A DNA stretch of 64,000 bases from positions 859,168-923,167 of the forward strand of contig OY969888.1 of assembly GCA_963704305.1 (NCBI GenBank), given 5' to 3'. Shown here piece by piece: positions 37,269 through 46,590 of the stretch. The translations under genes and the position numbers were made by a program. Below the pieces are notes generated by a model. The model was given only the letters and a program-made list of their open reading frames with translations, was not told where the DNA came from and searched no databases. This DNA comes from an uncultured Bacteroidota bacterium. Its GTDB lineage: Bacteria > Bacteroidota > Ignavibacteria > Kryptoniales > JAKASW01. How positions within the stretch are numbered: position 1 is the stretch's first letter; the number at the start of each line of letters is the position of its first letter.

Positions 37269-38711
37269 TCATCGCCTCCCTATTCCATAATACTCAAAGC
37301 CGAGCTCTCTCACCTTTTCCGGATTGTAGATGTTGCGTCCGTCAAAGATCACATGCCCCCGCATTAACCTTTTCATCCTATCGTAATCCGGCTCTCTGAA
37401 TTCCTGCCACTCAGTTACCAGTATCAGCGCATCCGCATCTTTGAGTGCATCATACTGGTCTTTAACAAATCTCAACTTCCCTTCTGTGACTTTTCCCTTC
37501 ACGCCTTTTCCTTTCAGGTTTACCTTCCGCCCTGTCAGGCTCTCCTTCTTCTCCTCAAATAATCTTCTTGCGTTATCCATTGCCACGGGGTCAAATGCGG
37601 AAACCTCCGCACCATCCCTCAAAAGGCTGTCGATGACCACGAGCGAAGGCGCCTCACGAATATCGTCAGTCTTCGGCTTGAAGGAGAGGCCCCACAACGC
37701 AAATTTCCGCCCGGCGAGTTTGCCCGCGAAGTGTGCTCGAATCTTCTCGGGAAGGACGCCCTTTTGCCTTTCGTTAACCCTGTTCACCGCGCTGACAAGC
37801 GAAGTCTCCATCGAAACTTCCTCTCCCATCTTGATGAGTGCCTTAACGTCTTTCGGGAAACAACTTCCTCCCCAGCCGATTCCCGGGAAAAGGAATTTCT
37901 GTCCAATCCTGTTGTCGTAGCCCATCGCCATCCTTACCTTCTCGACATCCACGCCTAATTTTTCACAGAGAAGTGCAATCTCATTCATGAACGAAATTCT
38001 CGTCGCGAGGAAAGCGTTAGCCGCATACTTCACCATCTCGGCGTCCCGAGTTTGCATGAGAAGAATCCTGGGGACGGTTCTGACAAACGGCTGGTACAAC
38101 TCTTGAAGGATGTCCGCAGCTTCGTGATCTTCAATGCCGATAACGACCCTGTCGGGAAACAAGAATTCTTGAATAGCACTCCCCTCTTTCAGAAACTCCG
38201 GGTTTGATGCCACCTGGACTCTCGCTCGCGGATACTTCTTGAATATCTCCCTCAACTTGTCCCCGGTCCCCACAGGAACCGTACTCTTTGTCACGACTAA
38301 CTTATACACCTCCGCTTCGTTGCCACCCATCGCTTCACCGGGCCTCCGTGATTTCCGTTCCCCGCTTGAAGATCGGACATTTAATATCTGTCCTATCCTT
38401 TCCGCAGTTTCCATGACGTATCTCAAGTCCGCACTGCCGTCTGCACCCGGAGGCGTCGGCAGGCAGAGAAAGATCACCTTCGAACTTTCTACGGCATCCT
38501 GCAGAGAGGTAGTGAAGAATAACCGTTTTGCTCTTTGATTCTTCTCAATCAGTGCATCGAGCCCGGGCTCGTATATAGGAGATTTGCCTTTCTTAAGGAG
38601 CGAGATCTTTCTTGAATCGACATCCATGCAGACAACCTGATTGCCGGTTTCTGCGAAACATGTTCCGGTAACAAGACCTACATAGCCGGTTCCGATGACT
38701 GAGATGTTCAT
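37269..38711 (-). CDS. ugd: UDP-glucose 6-dehydrogenase
   Basis: 'MNISVIGTGYVGLVTGTCFAETGNQVVCMDVD', 'GWGGSCFPKDV' and 'PEFLKEGSAI'. It is about 40 aa longer than usual because of two low-complexity insertions. Confidence 0.9.
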   Translation of the reverse strand: MNISVIGTGYVGLVTGTCFAETGNQVVCMDVDSRKISLLKKGKSPIYEPGLDALIEKNQRAKRLFFTTSLQDAVESSKVIFLCLPTPPGADGSADLRYVMETAERIGQILNVRSSSGERKSRRPGEAMGGNEAEVYKLVVTKSTVPVGTGDKLREIFKKYPRARVQVASNPEFLKEGSAIQEFLFPDRVVIGIEDHEAADILQELYQPFVRTVPRILLMQTRDAEMVKYAANAFLATRISFMNEIALLCEKLGVDVEKVRMAMGYDNRIGQKFLFPGIGWGGSCFPKDVKALIKMGEEVSMETSLVSAVNRVNERQKGVLPEKIRAHFAGKLAGRKFALWGLSFKPKTDDIREAPSLVVIDSLLRDGAEVSAFDPVAMDNARRLFEEKKESLTGRKVNLKGKGVKGKVTEGKLRFVKDQYDALKDADALILVTEWQEFREPDYDRMKRLMRGHVIFDGRNIYNPEKVRELGFEYYGIGRR

Positions 38712-38743
38712 TTGATTAATTTCCTATTTAAGTTGTGAGAGGA

Positions 38744-38852
38744 GCGGTGATCAGTGATTGGTGAACAGTGAACGGTGGTCGGCGAACTGCTCACAGTTCA
38801 AAGTTTACTGTTTACTCGTAACTATTCACAAATCACAGTTCACGCTTCACGA
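38744..38852. repeat. Heptanucleotide-periodic tract with dyad symmetry
   Basis: The left arm GGTGATC AGTGATT GGTGAAC AGTGAAC GGTGGTC switches at 38785 to the complementary orientation CTCACAG TTCAAAG TTTACTG TTTACTC .. TCACAGT TCACGCT TCAC. Confidence 0.75.
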
Positions 38853-38977
38853 CATACAACTAACTATTTCCTGCGGACTTTCCTTGAAGACTCAGGCAAT
38901 AAGATAACAATTCAACCTCGTGCGCACAAGACGGAGCATGGATCCGCTGCTACCGGGTGCCTCTTGCAAGAGCCCAT

Positions 38978-39010
38978 AACAACAAAAAGCCCCTCAGAAT
39001 CTCGAGGGGC
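38978..39010 (-). terminator. Rho-independent terminator after the 483-aa T9SS gene
   Basis: The minus strand reads GCCCCTC GAGATTCT GAGGGGC followed by TTTTTGTTGTT, about 30 nt after the stop at 39042. Confidence 0.7.
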
Positions 39011-39041
39011 CTTTGTGAACAATTATGTTCTTTGGAGTCTG

Positions 39042-40493
39042 TTACTTCAAAAGAAGCATCTTCTTCATCATTGTAAAGGTCCCGGCATCCATCCTGTAGA
39101 AGTACACGCCGCTCGTGACTTGTTGGCCCTGGTCATTCAGGCCATCCCATGTTACGGAGTAGCGTCCCGCTCCCATGTCACTATTGACAAGTGTGCGGAC
39201 TTCTTTTCCGAGAATGTCATAGACCGTGACCCTGACATTCGACATGTTCGGCAAATCGAACTTGATGCTGGTGGTCGGGTTGAACGGATTCGGGTAGTTC
39301 TGACCGAGCGAGTAATCCTTCGGGAGGCCAGGCAACTCCTGCACCTTCTGAACCTTGAAGACCCAGGTATTCGAAGCAGACAGGCCACCTTGATCGCTGA
39401 CGACGACCTTCACGGAATCTGTCTTTCCGGAATCCGAGAATGAGGTCGTGAACCAGTTGTCGGCGCCAGTCTTCTTCGTAGTGCCGTTGACACTCCAGGT
39501 GTATGTCAGCACGTCGCCGAGGTCCGGATCGCTCGCGGTCGCCGCGAAGGTCACCGAAGCGTTCAATTGAATCTTGCTCACCGAGGGCGTGAAGCTGGAG
39601 ATCTTGGGCGGGTGGTTGACTTTTGTACTTGTCAACGATCCGTTCGTCACCCCAACACTCGGAGTGCCTTCGTTGTACTCGAAGCCGGACAAAGTCAGTG
39701 ATGTCTTTCCTGCACCGACTACTACTCCTGTTACGTATACTAAGACGCCTTTTCCTGAGAGAGTTGCTGCTCCAGCGGCGGCTATTGATACCGTACCAGG
39801 ATTAGACATGCCGGCAGTGATTGTCATCGAAGAGGGCGAAATCGTTCCAGTTGTGGAATATCCCAGACCGGTGATTTGGACGACGCTCGTATCGTACGCC
39901 AAATTGAACTGATACGAATAGACATTCTGTCCAGTCAAAGTGCTGTCAGCGTTTATGGGTATCAAGACTACTTGACCAACCGTGTCAGTGAGTGCAGGTA
40001 CAGACACGCTCACTGCGGCAGTTCCGACAGATCCATTCGTAAGGTTGGCAGTCGGTGTACCCTCGTTGAACATGAAGGATTGAAACGTCAAAGCAGTTGT
40101 ACCAGTACTCAATATCGTCGCATCCAAGTTAATCAGCGTTCCAACGCCGCCAAGGTATCCTGAACCCGCTGCAGCTACGCTGATTTTGCCACCGACAGTG
40201 TCCACGACTGGCTGAACCGAAATGGCCGACGATAGAGTCCCTGATATATCTGCCCCCGTTATCTTTATCATGTGAGGGTTGTAGGTTACAACGAACTGAT
40301 ACGATCGAACGCCCTGGCCATCCAGGTTGCTGACTGTAATCGGCATGGCAACGGCTGCACCTACTGTTCCTGTCACGTTTGGCAGGCTTACGCTCACCTG
40401 CGCAATACTCAAACTGCTCTGTAGTATGAGCATAGCGAAGGCGAGACCGAATATCCTTGTCACATCTCTACTAAATTTTAACATTTGACTCAC
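39042..40493 (-). CDS. T9SS-sorted surface protein with two cohesin-like modules and a PKD-like domain
   Basis: It has a signal peptide. Two modules follow: 'VSLPNVTGTVGAAVAMPITVSNLDGQGVRSYQFVVTYNPHMIKI..TFQSFMFNEGTP' and 'VSVPALTDTVGQVVLIPINADS..YSYQFNLAYDTSVVQI..LSGFEYNEGTP'. Then comes 'SDPDLGDVLTYTWSVNG' (PKD-like) and the CTD 'NYPNPFNPTTSIKF..GVYFYRMDAGTFTMMKKMLLLK'. Confidence 0.8.
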   Translation of the reverse strand: MSQMLKFSRDVTRIFGLAFAMLILQSSLSIAQVSVSLPNVTGTVGAAVAMPITVSNLDGQGVRSYQFVVTYNPHMIKITGADISGTLSSAISVQPVVDTVGGKISVAAAGSGYLGGVGTLINLDATILSTGTTALTFQSFMFNEGTPTANLTNGSVGTAAVSVSVPALTDTVGQVVLIPINADSTLTGQNVYSYQFNLAYDTSVVQITGLGYSTTGTISPSSMTITAGMSNPGTVSIAAAGAATLSGKGVLVYVTGVVVGAGKTSLTLSGFEYNEGTPSVGVTNGSLTSTKVNHPPKISSFTPSVSKIQLNASVTFAATASDPDLGDVLTYTWSVNGTTKKTGADNWFTTSFSDSGKTDSVKVVVSDQGGLSASNTWVFKVQKVQELPGLPKDYSLGQNYPNPFNPTTSIKFDLPNMSNVRVTVYDILGKEVRTLVNSDMGAGRYSVTWDGLNDQGQQVTSGVYFYRMDAGTFTMMKKMLLLK

Positions 40494-40510
40494 CTTTCTT
40501 TTTTATGGTT

Positions 40511-40536
40511 CCCGACCCGGCAGCTGCCGGGTCGGG
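40511..40536. other. Perfect 26-nt palindrome between the two T9SS genes
   Basis: CCCGACCCGGCAG/CTGCCGGGTCGGG, with no T-tract on the transcribed (minus) strand. The next gene's RBS and ATG follow within 20 nt. Confidence 0.6.
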
Positions 40537-40550
40537 ATCGCTTAGCTCTC

Positions 40551-43500
40551 TTACTTGAGGAGCAGCATCTTCTTGAATGAAACAAATGAACCTGCCTCTA
40601 AGCGGAAGAAGTACACTCCGCTGGAGACCTGCTCACCTGCATTGTTCAATCCGTTCCACTGGATCGTGTAGTAGCCGGCATTCTGGTTGTCGTTCACCAG
40701 AGTTCTGACAAGCTGACCAGTGACATTGTAAATCTTCAACGTCACGTTGGCCGGCTTTGCGAGCTGGTACTTGATCATCGTGGTCGGGTTGAACGGATTC
40801 GGATAATTCTGATCGAGGCCAAACTTCGAAGGAACTGCAGCGACTTCGAAGGAAGCAAGTGATTGCGCCTCATTTTCATTAATTACTGTACTGCCGGTCA
40901 GGTTCGCTTTCGCTGACTGGCTGGCAAGCTTGAATTGAATCGTCGCAACGTTGCCCGAAGACAGAGGAGTTGTGCCTGCCATGGCTATCTTCAGCACGCC
41001 TTGGCTGACGTGGTACGCGAACAGCCAATCCTTAGGCAGACTGCTGGTCACGCCTTCCACAGTGGCACCCTGTCCAACGTTCAGGCTCATCGAAACTGCG
41101 TTGACATTTCGAGCATCGCTTATTGCAACCGGCACGTTCACGAGGTTCTCTTCAGAACCGGATTGGCCTCCACTGAGAGCCATTGTACCGGACGAAGGCA
41201 GCACCGAAACTGCAAAGCGCTCGCCCTTCAATGTAGCTGACGCAAAGTGGACGCTAGTGTCGCCGGCTGCCTTACGCAGTATCCATGATGCGTCAAGTGC
41301 CGTGACAGAACCGTTTCCAGTCACGTCAGCAGCGGTGAGTGCACTGGAAGACAGGACCGTGTCGCCAACAACGTAATCCAGAACTAGAGCTGCGTCAAAA
41401 GCAGTGACCGTTCCATTACCGCTAACATCACCTTTTGCAACAACCGGGCCATTGCGTATCACGATAGCCTTGCTCTGACCATACAAGCTAGTGCTCGTAC
41501 CGTTGAACACATAGATGTAGAGAGGGTTCGTTGCGGCAGTCAAGGTACCAGTAAAGGTCGTGGCACCCGTTATGACCTTCGGGTTCGAGCCGATGTTGAA
41601 GCCACCCGTCTGGTTCGAGGAGACGTTGATAATGTTCTGCTCAGTTGAATTGAGGTTCCAATATTTGTCACGCGGAGAAACCGTGAACGTGAACGTATCA
41701 TTGGGTCCTAGAGTATCTTTTGATACTGTAGCGCCCCAGAATCCTACGCCGGTGCCACTAGCTGACAGCGGGAGCCACTTCAATGAGTATGTCGATGTGG
41801 CCGTGAAACCACCGCCAGTAAGCGTCACGGTATTCGCGCTATCGACCCAGAACTTGTGCAGATAGAACACAGCCTGACCTTGCACAAATACAGTGTCGGT
41901 AAGGCTTGCACCGGAGCTTCTCTTTACAAACTTGCCGTTCTTATCGCTGTAAGAGAAGTAGAAGGTAGAATCCTTCGTCGCATTTACTGCAAGGTTCGTG
42001 TGGTTTACCGTTAGGGTCTGACCGGCAAGAGAATACGTATAGATGCGATGGGTCAACGAATCCTGTGCTGTAAACACAAGCTTCACGCTATCGCCTGCAT
42101 TCCCCTTCCAACCGGTGCCACCGTATCCAGAGGCTGCCGTGTCAAAGACTGCAGTAAAGGCTTTCAAGATACCTGTAGGTATCGACCTTATGGTTGCCGT
42201 GTCGTTGGTTGCTCCGGTAAGGTTGACATAAATCTTCTGCGTGTCAGCGCCAGCCGTATATGAGGTAAACGGAACCTGCGCATCAAGTGAACCACCCACG
42301 CTCGCAAGCGCGCTGCTACCAGTGCTTGTATACGTGTGCGTCACAAAGCCACCGCGATTGTGGCCTGATGAGACGGTATCAGCCGTCAAAGCAGATAGCT
42401 GACTTCTTATGTCTGGGTTCAATTTACTGGTGTCAAGTTTAGCGCTTGTATAATAAGCCGTCTTGTAAGCGCTTACGGTCAAGTTTCCAGCGACACCCCA
42501 GTCGATGTGGTTGCTGTATTGATCTTGCTTGTCGACAGTAAAGGTCTCTTTCTGTCCGGCAATTGCAAGCGTATCAGAGTGCGGCGTGATGACCAGCTTT
42601 GCAAGGGTAGTAGGTGTAACCCAAATAGGCGCAGACTTTGCAACCGACGCGCTCGTCGCGGCAACAGTCTTCAAAGTATCCATGCCAGCTGTCTTGTACG
42701 AGGCAATGCTAACAGTGGTGACTAAACCGGCATTCGGATAGAGAGTGTCTGCCGATGTCGTATCTGCCGTGCGCAAGAACTTCACCTTCCCTAATGTCGA
42801 AAGGAGCATTCCATACGATGATTTAGTCGGAGCAATCGTTGCGCCCGATGAAGTTGGAGCCGTCACTATGTTTCCGTATCCATCCCATACTGAATCCTGG
42901 AATGCAAGGGCATTAACATAATTCGAGGCCACAACCGAGCTGTCTGTACCTGTCGACTGGAACAACTTCAACGTCGCAGGAACATTGCTTCGGGCTTGAA
43001 TGGTCAGCGTATTAGTATAAGAACCCATGGTTGCGAGAACGCTGTCCTTAGAACTCGTTCTGTCGAGCGCACCGGCAACACCGGTGTACACGTTAGTGGA
43101 CACAGTATATGGAATCGCAATACCGACCGCTGTCTTGCTCGTGTTCGGGTACTGATTTTCCGTGATCGAGCTCGTAAGTGCTGGTGTTCCAAGAGCAGTA
43201 TTCTTGCCATTCTTTCCACTTATCGTGAAGGTCACCTGGGTCGCGCTCGACGCACTTATTGGATTCCCGTAAGAATCGCGGAGGAACGCACGTGCGTAAA
43301 CCTGAACTCCGGCGCCAATAGCTTCTGAAAGTTGGGATCCGCTGGCTGAGGACGCATAGTCAAGGATCAAACCGCCGATTGCACCCGGATTGATCAGGAT
43401 CGACCTGCTTTGCAATACATTGCTTGCGCTATCAGCGAATTGTAAGATATCAGTGCCTACATAATATTTGTTCGGGGTAAACGTAACCGCAATTTGACCG

Positions 43501-44690
43501 TTCCCGTCCGTGGTGAATGGCCCATTAAACGCACCGTTGTGATTCGTCTTCTCCGACAAAGCGACGCTGGCACCGAGTACTGGATTGAAGAACTGGTCGG
43601 TGACTGTCCCGGTGTATTGCGTTGTTTGATCAACCGTCAACGTATCAGACTTCCCGCTGACCAGCGCCACCGAGATATTTTTCATGGTGCCTGGAACAAA
43701 CGTCATGACGGCATTATTTCTCACAGTGTCTTTGCTGCTAAGGGTGAACTTGAGAGTGATCTTTTCCGCCTTCGTATACGTCAGGCTACCAAAGTCGACA
43801 GCTATGTTATGACCGTACCAGACGACCGTGGACGTGTTGCCCACCGTACCGCTACCTGCGGCATTGGTGTTGCTGAGTACCGCCGTTACAGTTGGTACAG
43901 TCGAGTTGTACGGCGTGTAATTACCAACAGCGTCCTTAAAATAGACCTTGATACCATTCGCGGTATCCACGGACGCAGAGCCAAGAGTTCCAGCCGAGCT
44001 AATGTATTTTCCCGCTGTTTGGGCTGCATCAGGTTGATTGGTGATTGTCATCTGAGTTACCGGTCCGGGAAGAGGAATGATTGCGCTCCCAGCAATGTTT
44101 AACCCGGCACTCATAGTATCGACTACCACATTTATTGCCGCGGTGGTTGAGTCAAACTTTGCTGCCGTCACTTTCGACTGCAAATACAGCCCTGTCACAA
44201 CAATCGTATCATGAGCTGTGGAAGCTGTCGCAACTCTGACCGCAAGATAATACACATGATTAGTTGCACCATATATTGGCTTCACCCTCACGCTGGTGAG
44301 CGAAGTTTGAGTTTGGCCATACGCTGCGAAGAAGCCAGTGGTGTCGAACTTTATCCCCGTAGTTCCAATTTGTCGCGCAGTAAGCGTGACCACGGAGTCC
44401 TTAACAAACTGCACATTAGCCGGCGGCATGATCTGAAGAGTATCCTGGGTGTTCTTGTCGCCTCCCTGGATATCCCCTGCTGCCGTCTCGAGCAGCTTAA
44501 GATTCTTGATCAGGTATTTGGCGGAGTCGCCATTCGTAGTCATGGTATGATTCAACGGAACATATGTCGTATCATACACGACCGTCACCTGTGCTTGCGC
44601 GGTTGACATGCCGAATCCCCCGACGAGCAATATACTCATCAGAAGAGGAAGCCAGCCGTGCCTCAGAAAACCGAAACGTTTTTCTAGCAT
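40551..44690 (-). CDS. Giant (1379 aa) T9SS-sorted surface protein with Ig-like repeats, a dockerin-like module and a cohesin-like module
   Basis: Signal peptide. It has about 1050 aa of T/S/V-rich beta repeats. The dockerin-like duplicated Ca-loop reads 'GDVSGNGTVTAFDAALVLDYV..ADVTGNGSVTALDASWILRKAAGD' (about 41259-41432). A cohesin-like 'LVNVPVAISDARNVNAVSMSLNV..GNVATIQFKL' follows, then the CTD 'NYPNPFNPTTMIKY..KKMLLLK'. GGAGG lies 6 nt upstream of the ATG. Confidence 0.85.
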   Translation of the reverse strand: MLEKRFGFLRHGWLPLLMSILLVGGFGMSTAQAQVTVVYDTTYVPLNHTMTTNGDSAKYLIKNLKLLETAAGDIQGGDKNTQDTLQIMPPANVQFVKDSVVTLTARQIGTTGIKFDTTGFFAAYGQTQTSLTSVRVKPIYGATNHVYYLAVRVATASTAHDTIVVTGLYLQSKVTAAKFDSTTAAINVVVDTMSAGLNIAGSAIIPLPGPVTQMTITNQPDAAQTAGKYISSAGTLGSASVDTANGIKVYFKDAVGNYTPYNSTVPTVTAVLSNTNAAGSGTVGNTSTVVWYGHNIAVDFGSLTYTKAEKITLKFTLSSKDTVRNNAVMTFVPGTMKNISVALVSGKSDTLTVDQTTQYTGTVTDQFFNPVLGASVALSEKTNHNGAFNGPFTTDGNGQIAVTFTPNKYYVGTDILQFADSASNVLQSRSILINPGAIGGLILDYASSASGSQLSEAIGAGVQVYARAFLRDSYGNPISASSATQVTFTISGKNGKNTALGTPALTSSITENQYPNTSKTAVGIAIPYTVSTNVYTGVAGALDRTSSKDSVLATMGSYTNTLTIQARSNVPATLKLFQSTGTDSSVVASNYVNALAFQDSVWDGYGNIVTAPTSSGATIAPTKSSYGMLLSTLGKVKFLRTADTTSADTLYPNAGLVTTVSIASYKTAGMDTLKTVAATSASVAKSAPIWVTPTTLAKLVITPHSDTLAIAGQKETFTVDKQDQYSNHIDWGVAGNLTVSAYKTAYYTSAKLDTSKLNPDIRSQLSALTADTVSSGHNRGGFVTHTYTSTGSSALASVGGSLDAQVPFTSYTAGADTQKIYVNLTGATNDTATIRSIPTGILKAFTAVFDTAASGYGGTGWKGNAGDSVKLVFTAQDSLTHRIYTYSLAGQTLTVNHTNLAVNATKDSTFYFSYSDKNGKFVKRSSGASLTDTVFVQGQAVFYLHKFWVDSANTVTLTGGGFTATSTYSLKWLPLSASGTGVGFWGATVSKDTLGPNDTFTFTVSPRDKYWNLNSTEQNIINVSSNQTGGFNIGSNPKVITGATTFTGTLTAATNPLYIYVFNGTSTSLYGQSKAIVIRNGPVVAKGDVSGNGTVTAFDAALVLDYVVGDTVLSSSALTAADVTGNGSVTALDASWILRKAAGDTSVHFASATLKGERFAVSVLPSSGTMALSGGQSGSEENLVNVPVAISDARNVNAVSMSLNVGQGATVEGVTSSLPKDWLFAYHVSQGVLKIAMAGTTPLSSGNVATIQFKLASQSAKANLTGSTVINENEAQSLASFEVAAVPSKFGLDQNYPNPFNPTTMIKYQLAKPANVTLKIYNVTGQLVRTLVNDNQNAGYYTIQWNGLNNAGEQVSSGVYFFRLEAGSFVSFKKMLLLK

Positions 44691-46436
44691 TGTACCTCCA
44701 TTGTGTTTACTTTTCTTTCAAATGATAATGCAAACAAACGGGAGAAGTCAAAGAGAATCGCATTACCCTCGCTTGCCCGTCCTCTATGTTTACTAGCATT
44801 TCTTTTGCTTCCGAAACAAAACTCGCCGTAACCAAATATCATCTTACTCCAAACGAAGATTTCTCTATGTCAAAAGCGCACATTAATTCAAACACGCTCC
44901 GCAATCCTGACAACAATACCGGCACAAGTGCTTCACCACTTGCTCAAGTTGTCGAGCACAACATTCAGTATTTTCATTACCTATCGACGTGGAAATATTA
45001 ATCAGTGTGGCGCACATAGTCAAGAGCATTTTGAACTTTTTTTTGATTTTTTCGCGTGCCTGTCTGCGGTGACGACATACGTCTATTTCGGATATATTGA
45101 CAGAAAACTTTAACATATGAAACGCCATAGTGCAAGCGTCGCCAGAGGTGATGTGACAGTGCGCACAGAGGGGAATTTCGGCGGGCTATCCATTGTTCAA
45201 GAGGCGGTGCGGGAAACGGGACCGACCGACAACGTCCTTCGAAGGCAGCTAAGCAAGAATACTTTGTGGCGCAGCCGTCGCGGTGCGCGGCTGGCAATGA
45301 TGTTCAGCCGGTACCGTTCATCCGCGCGGCGGCATTCGGGTTGTAACCACGCCACGTCGGAAATCTCCTGACGGCCGAGATCAATGAAATCAGATACATG
45401 GACGGAACTCGCAGGACGATGCGGGTCGCCCTTCGACGAATGAATCCTTCATTGGCAAATCATGTTCTCAAAGCGAGGTATGACAGGAGACAGTTGCGCT
45501 CGCATCCGCACAAGATGGTACAGCAAGATCCCACGTCCCGCACTGTACCATGATACCAAAGCCAGGAAGTTGAACAGCATCTCACATAGCATTCCCGTTA
45601 ATCATGAGAAGTTGCACGCAGAAGCTCGCGCCGCGAAAATGAATCCTTATTCTTACTACGGAAATCTCTGAGCCCCAACTCTTGAAATACGGAGAGGTCG
45701 TTATGATGAGAATTAATTGGCGTCTAATTGTAGCGCCATTCATTCCGACTTCGTTCAATCAGAATTGAACGCGGGTTCTTATACCAAAGTTAGCTTTTAG
45801 CCCAACATGCGTCGGGGCATACTCGTTGCAGAAGAAAAGAGGACAACTGAGGGATAGGGGAATTCCGTCGCCGTTGCGTCCCGCCGTGCAGTTACTTGAC
45901 ATGGGGAGATGCCCACTGTTTACACAGGGAGACAATCGGAATACTAAGGAAGGAAGCTAAGGCTTGATATTCAATAATCTGGCAGTGACTCACTTTTAAT
46001 TCTAATGTCGGTACATTAAGAAGGTCTTGCTTTCTTTAATGTGTTAGAACCGTAACTTACGGTTGAAAGATGAACATCATTGAAAAAGGGAGACCTTATG
46101 ATGAAAGATAGCAAAAGAGAGTGGTACAAGAACTATGTGGCGATCGATTGGTCACAAGAGGTGGTGTTTGTACGAAGGATGATGACACAGGCGGGACGAG
46201 TGGAAAAATCTGTATGGACTACCGCTCAACCATCATTTGACGAAACTCATAGAAGATTTCTCCTCTCAAGGATCGTCTCCGCCAGAGGCTGATGCGCCTG
46301 TGGCGCAGAAATGACATTCTCTTTGTTTTCATGCAGCCTCATAAAAAAGAGGGTGAAGATTCACGAATGCTATTCCGGTGGACTGTACCCCCTCTTGATG
46401 GGACCGTTCCAAAATGGACATTCCGGCGAAACTTGT

Positions 46437-46519
46437 CCCAGCATGATCTTAGCTGGGAGCCGGAATCCAGTTTTTGGTTCTGCATGCAAGCTGGAGTCTA
46501 CCCCGTGCTTGACACGGGG
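46437..46519. repeat. REP-like pair of short GC-rich hairpins just downstream of wzc
   Basis: TCCCAGC-N9-GCTGGGA (46437-46459) and CCCCGTG-N5-CACGGGG (46501-46519). Translated frames give the '..AGIQ..' and '..LDTG..AGMT..' strings typical of palindromic extragenic elements. There is a single copy in the window. Confidence 0.3.
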
Positions 46520-46590
46520 CTGGCATGACAAGCGTCATTTTATGTGAATGCTGAAACTGAGTCACTACCAAAAATCTACTGGCCGCGTAC

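Noticed and set aside
38775-39443. Plus-strand 222-aa ORF, and similar large antisense ORFs (43494..44102, 53523..54335, 54936..55601)
   Set aside because: Each overlaps a well-supported minus-strand gene with clear domain content. The antisense products show no recognisable motifs.
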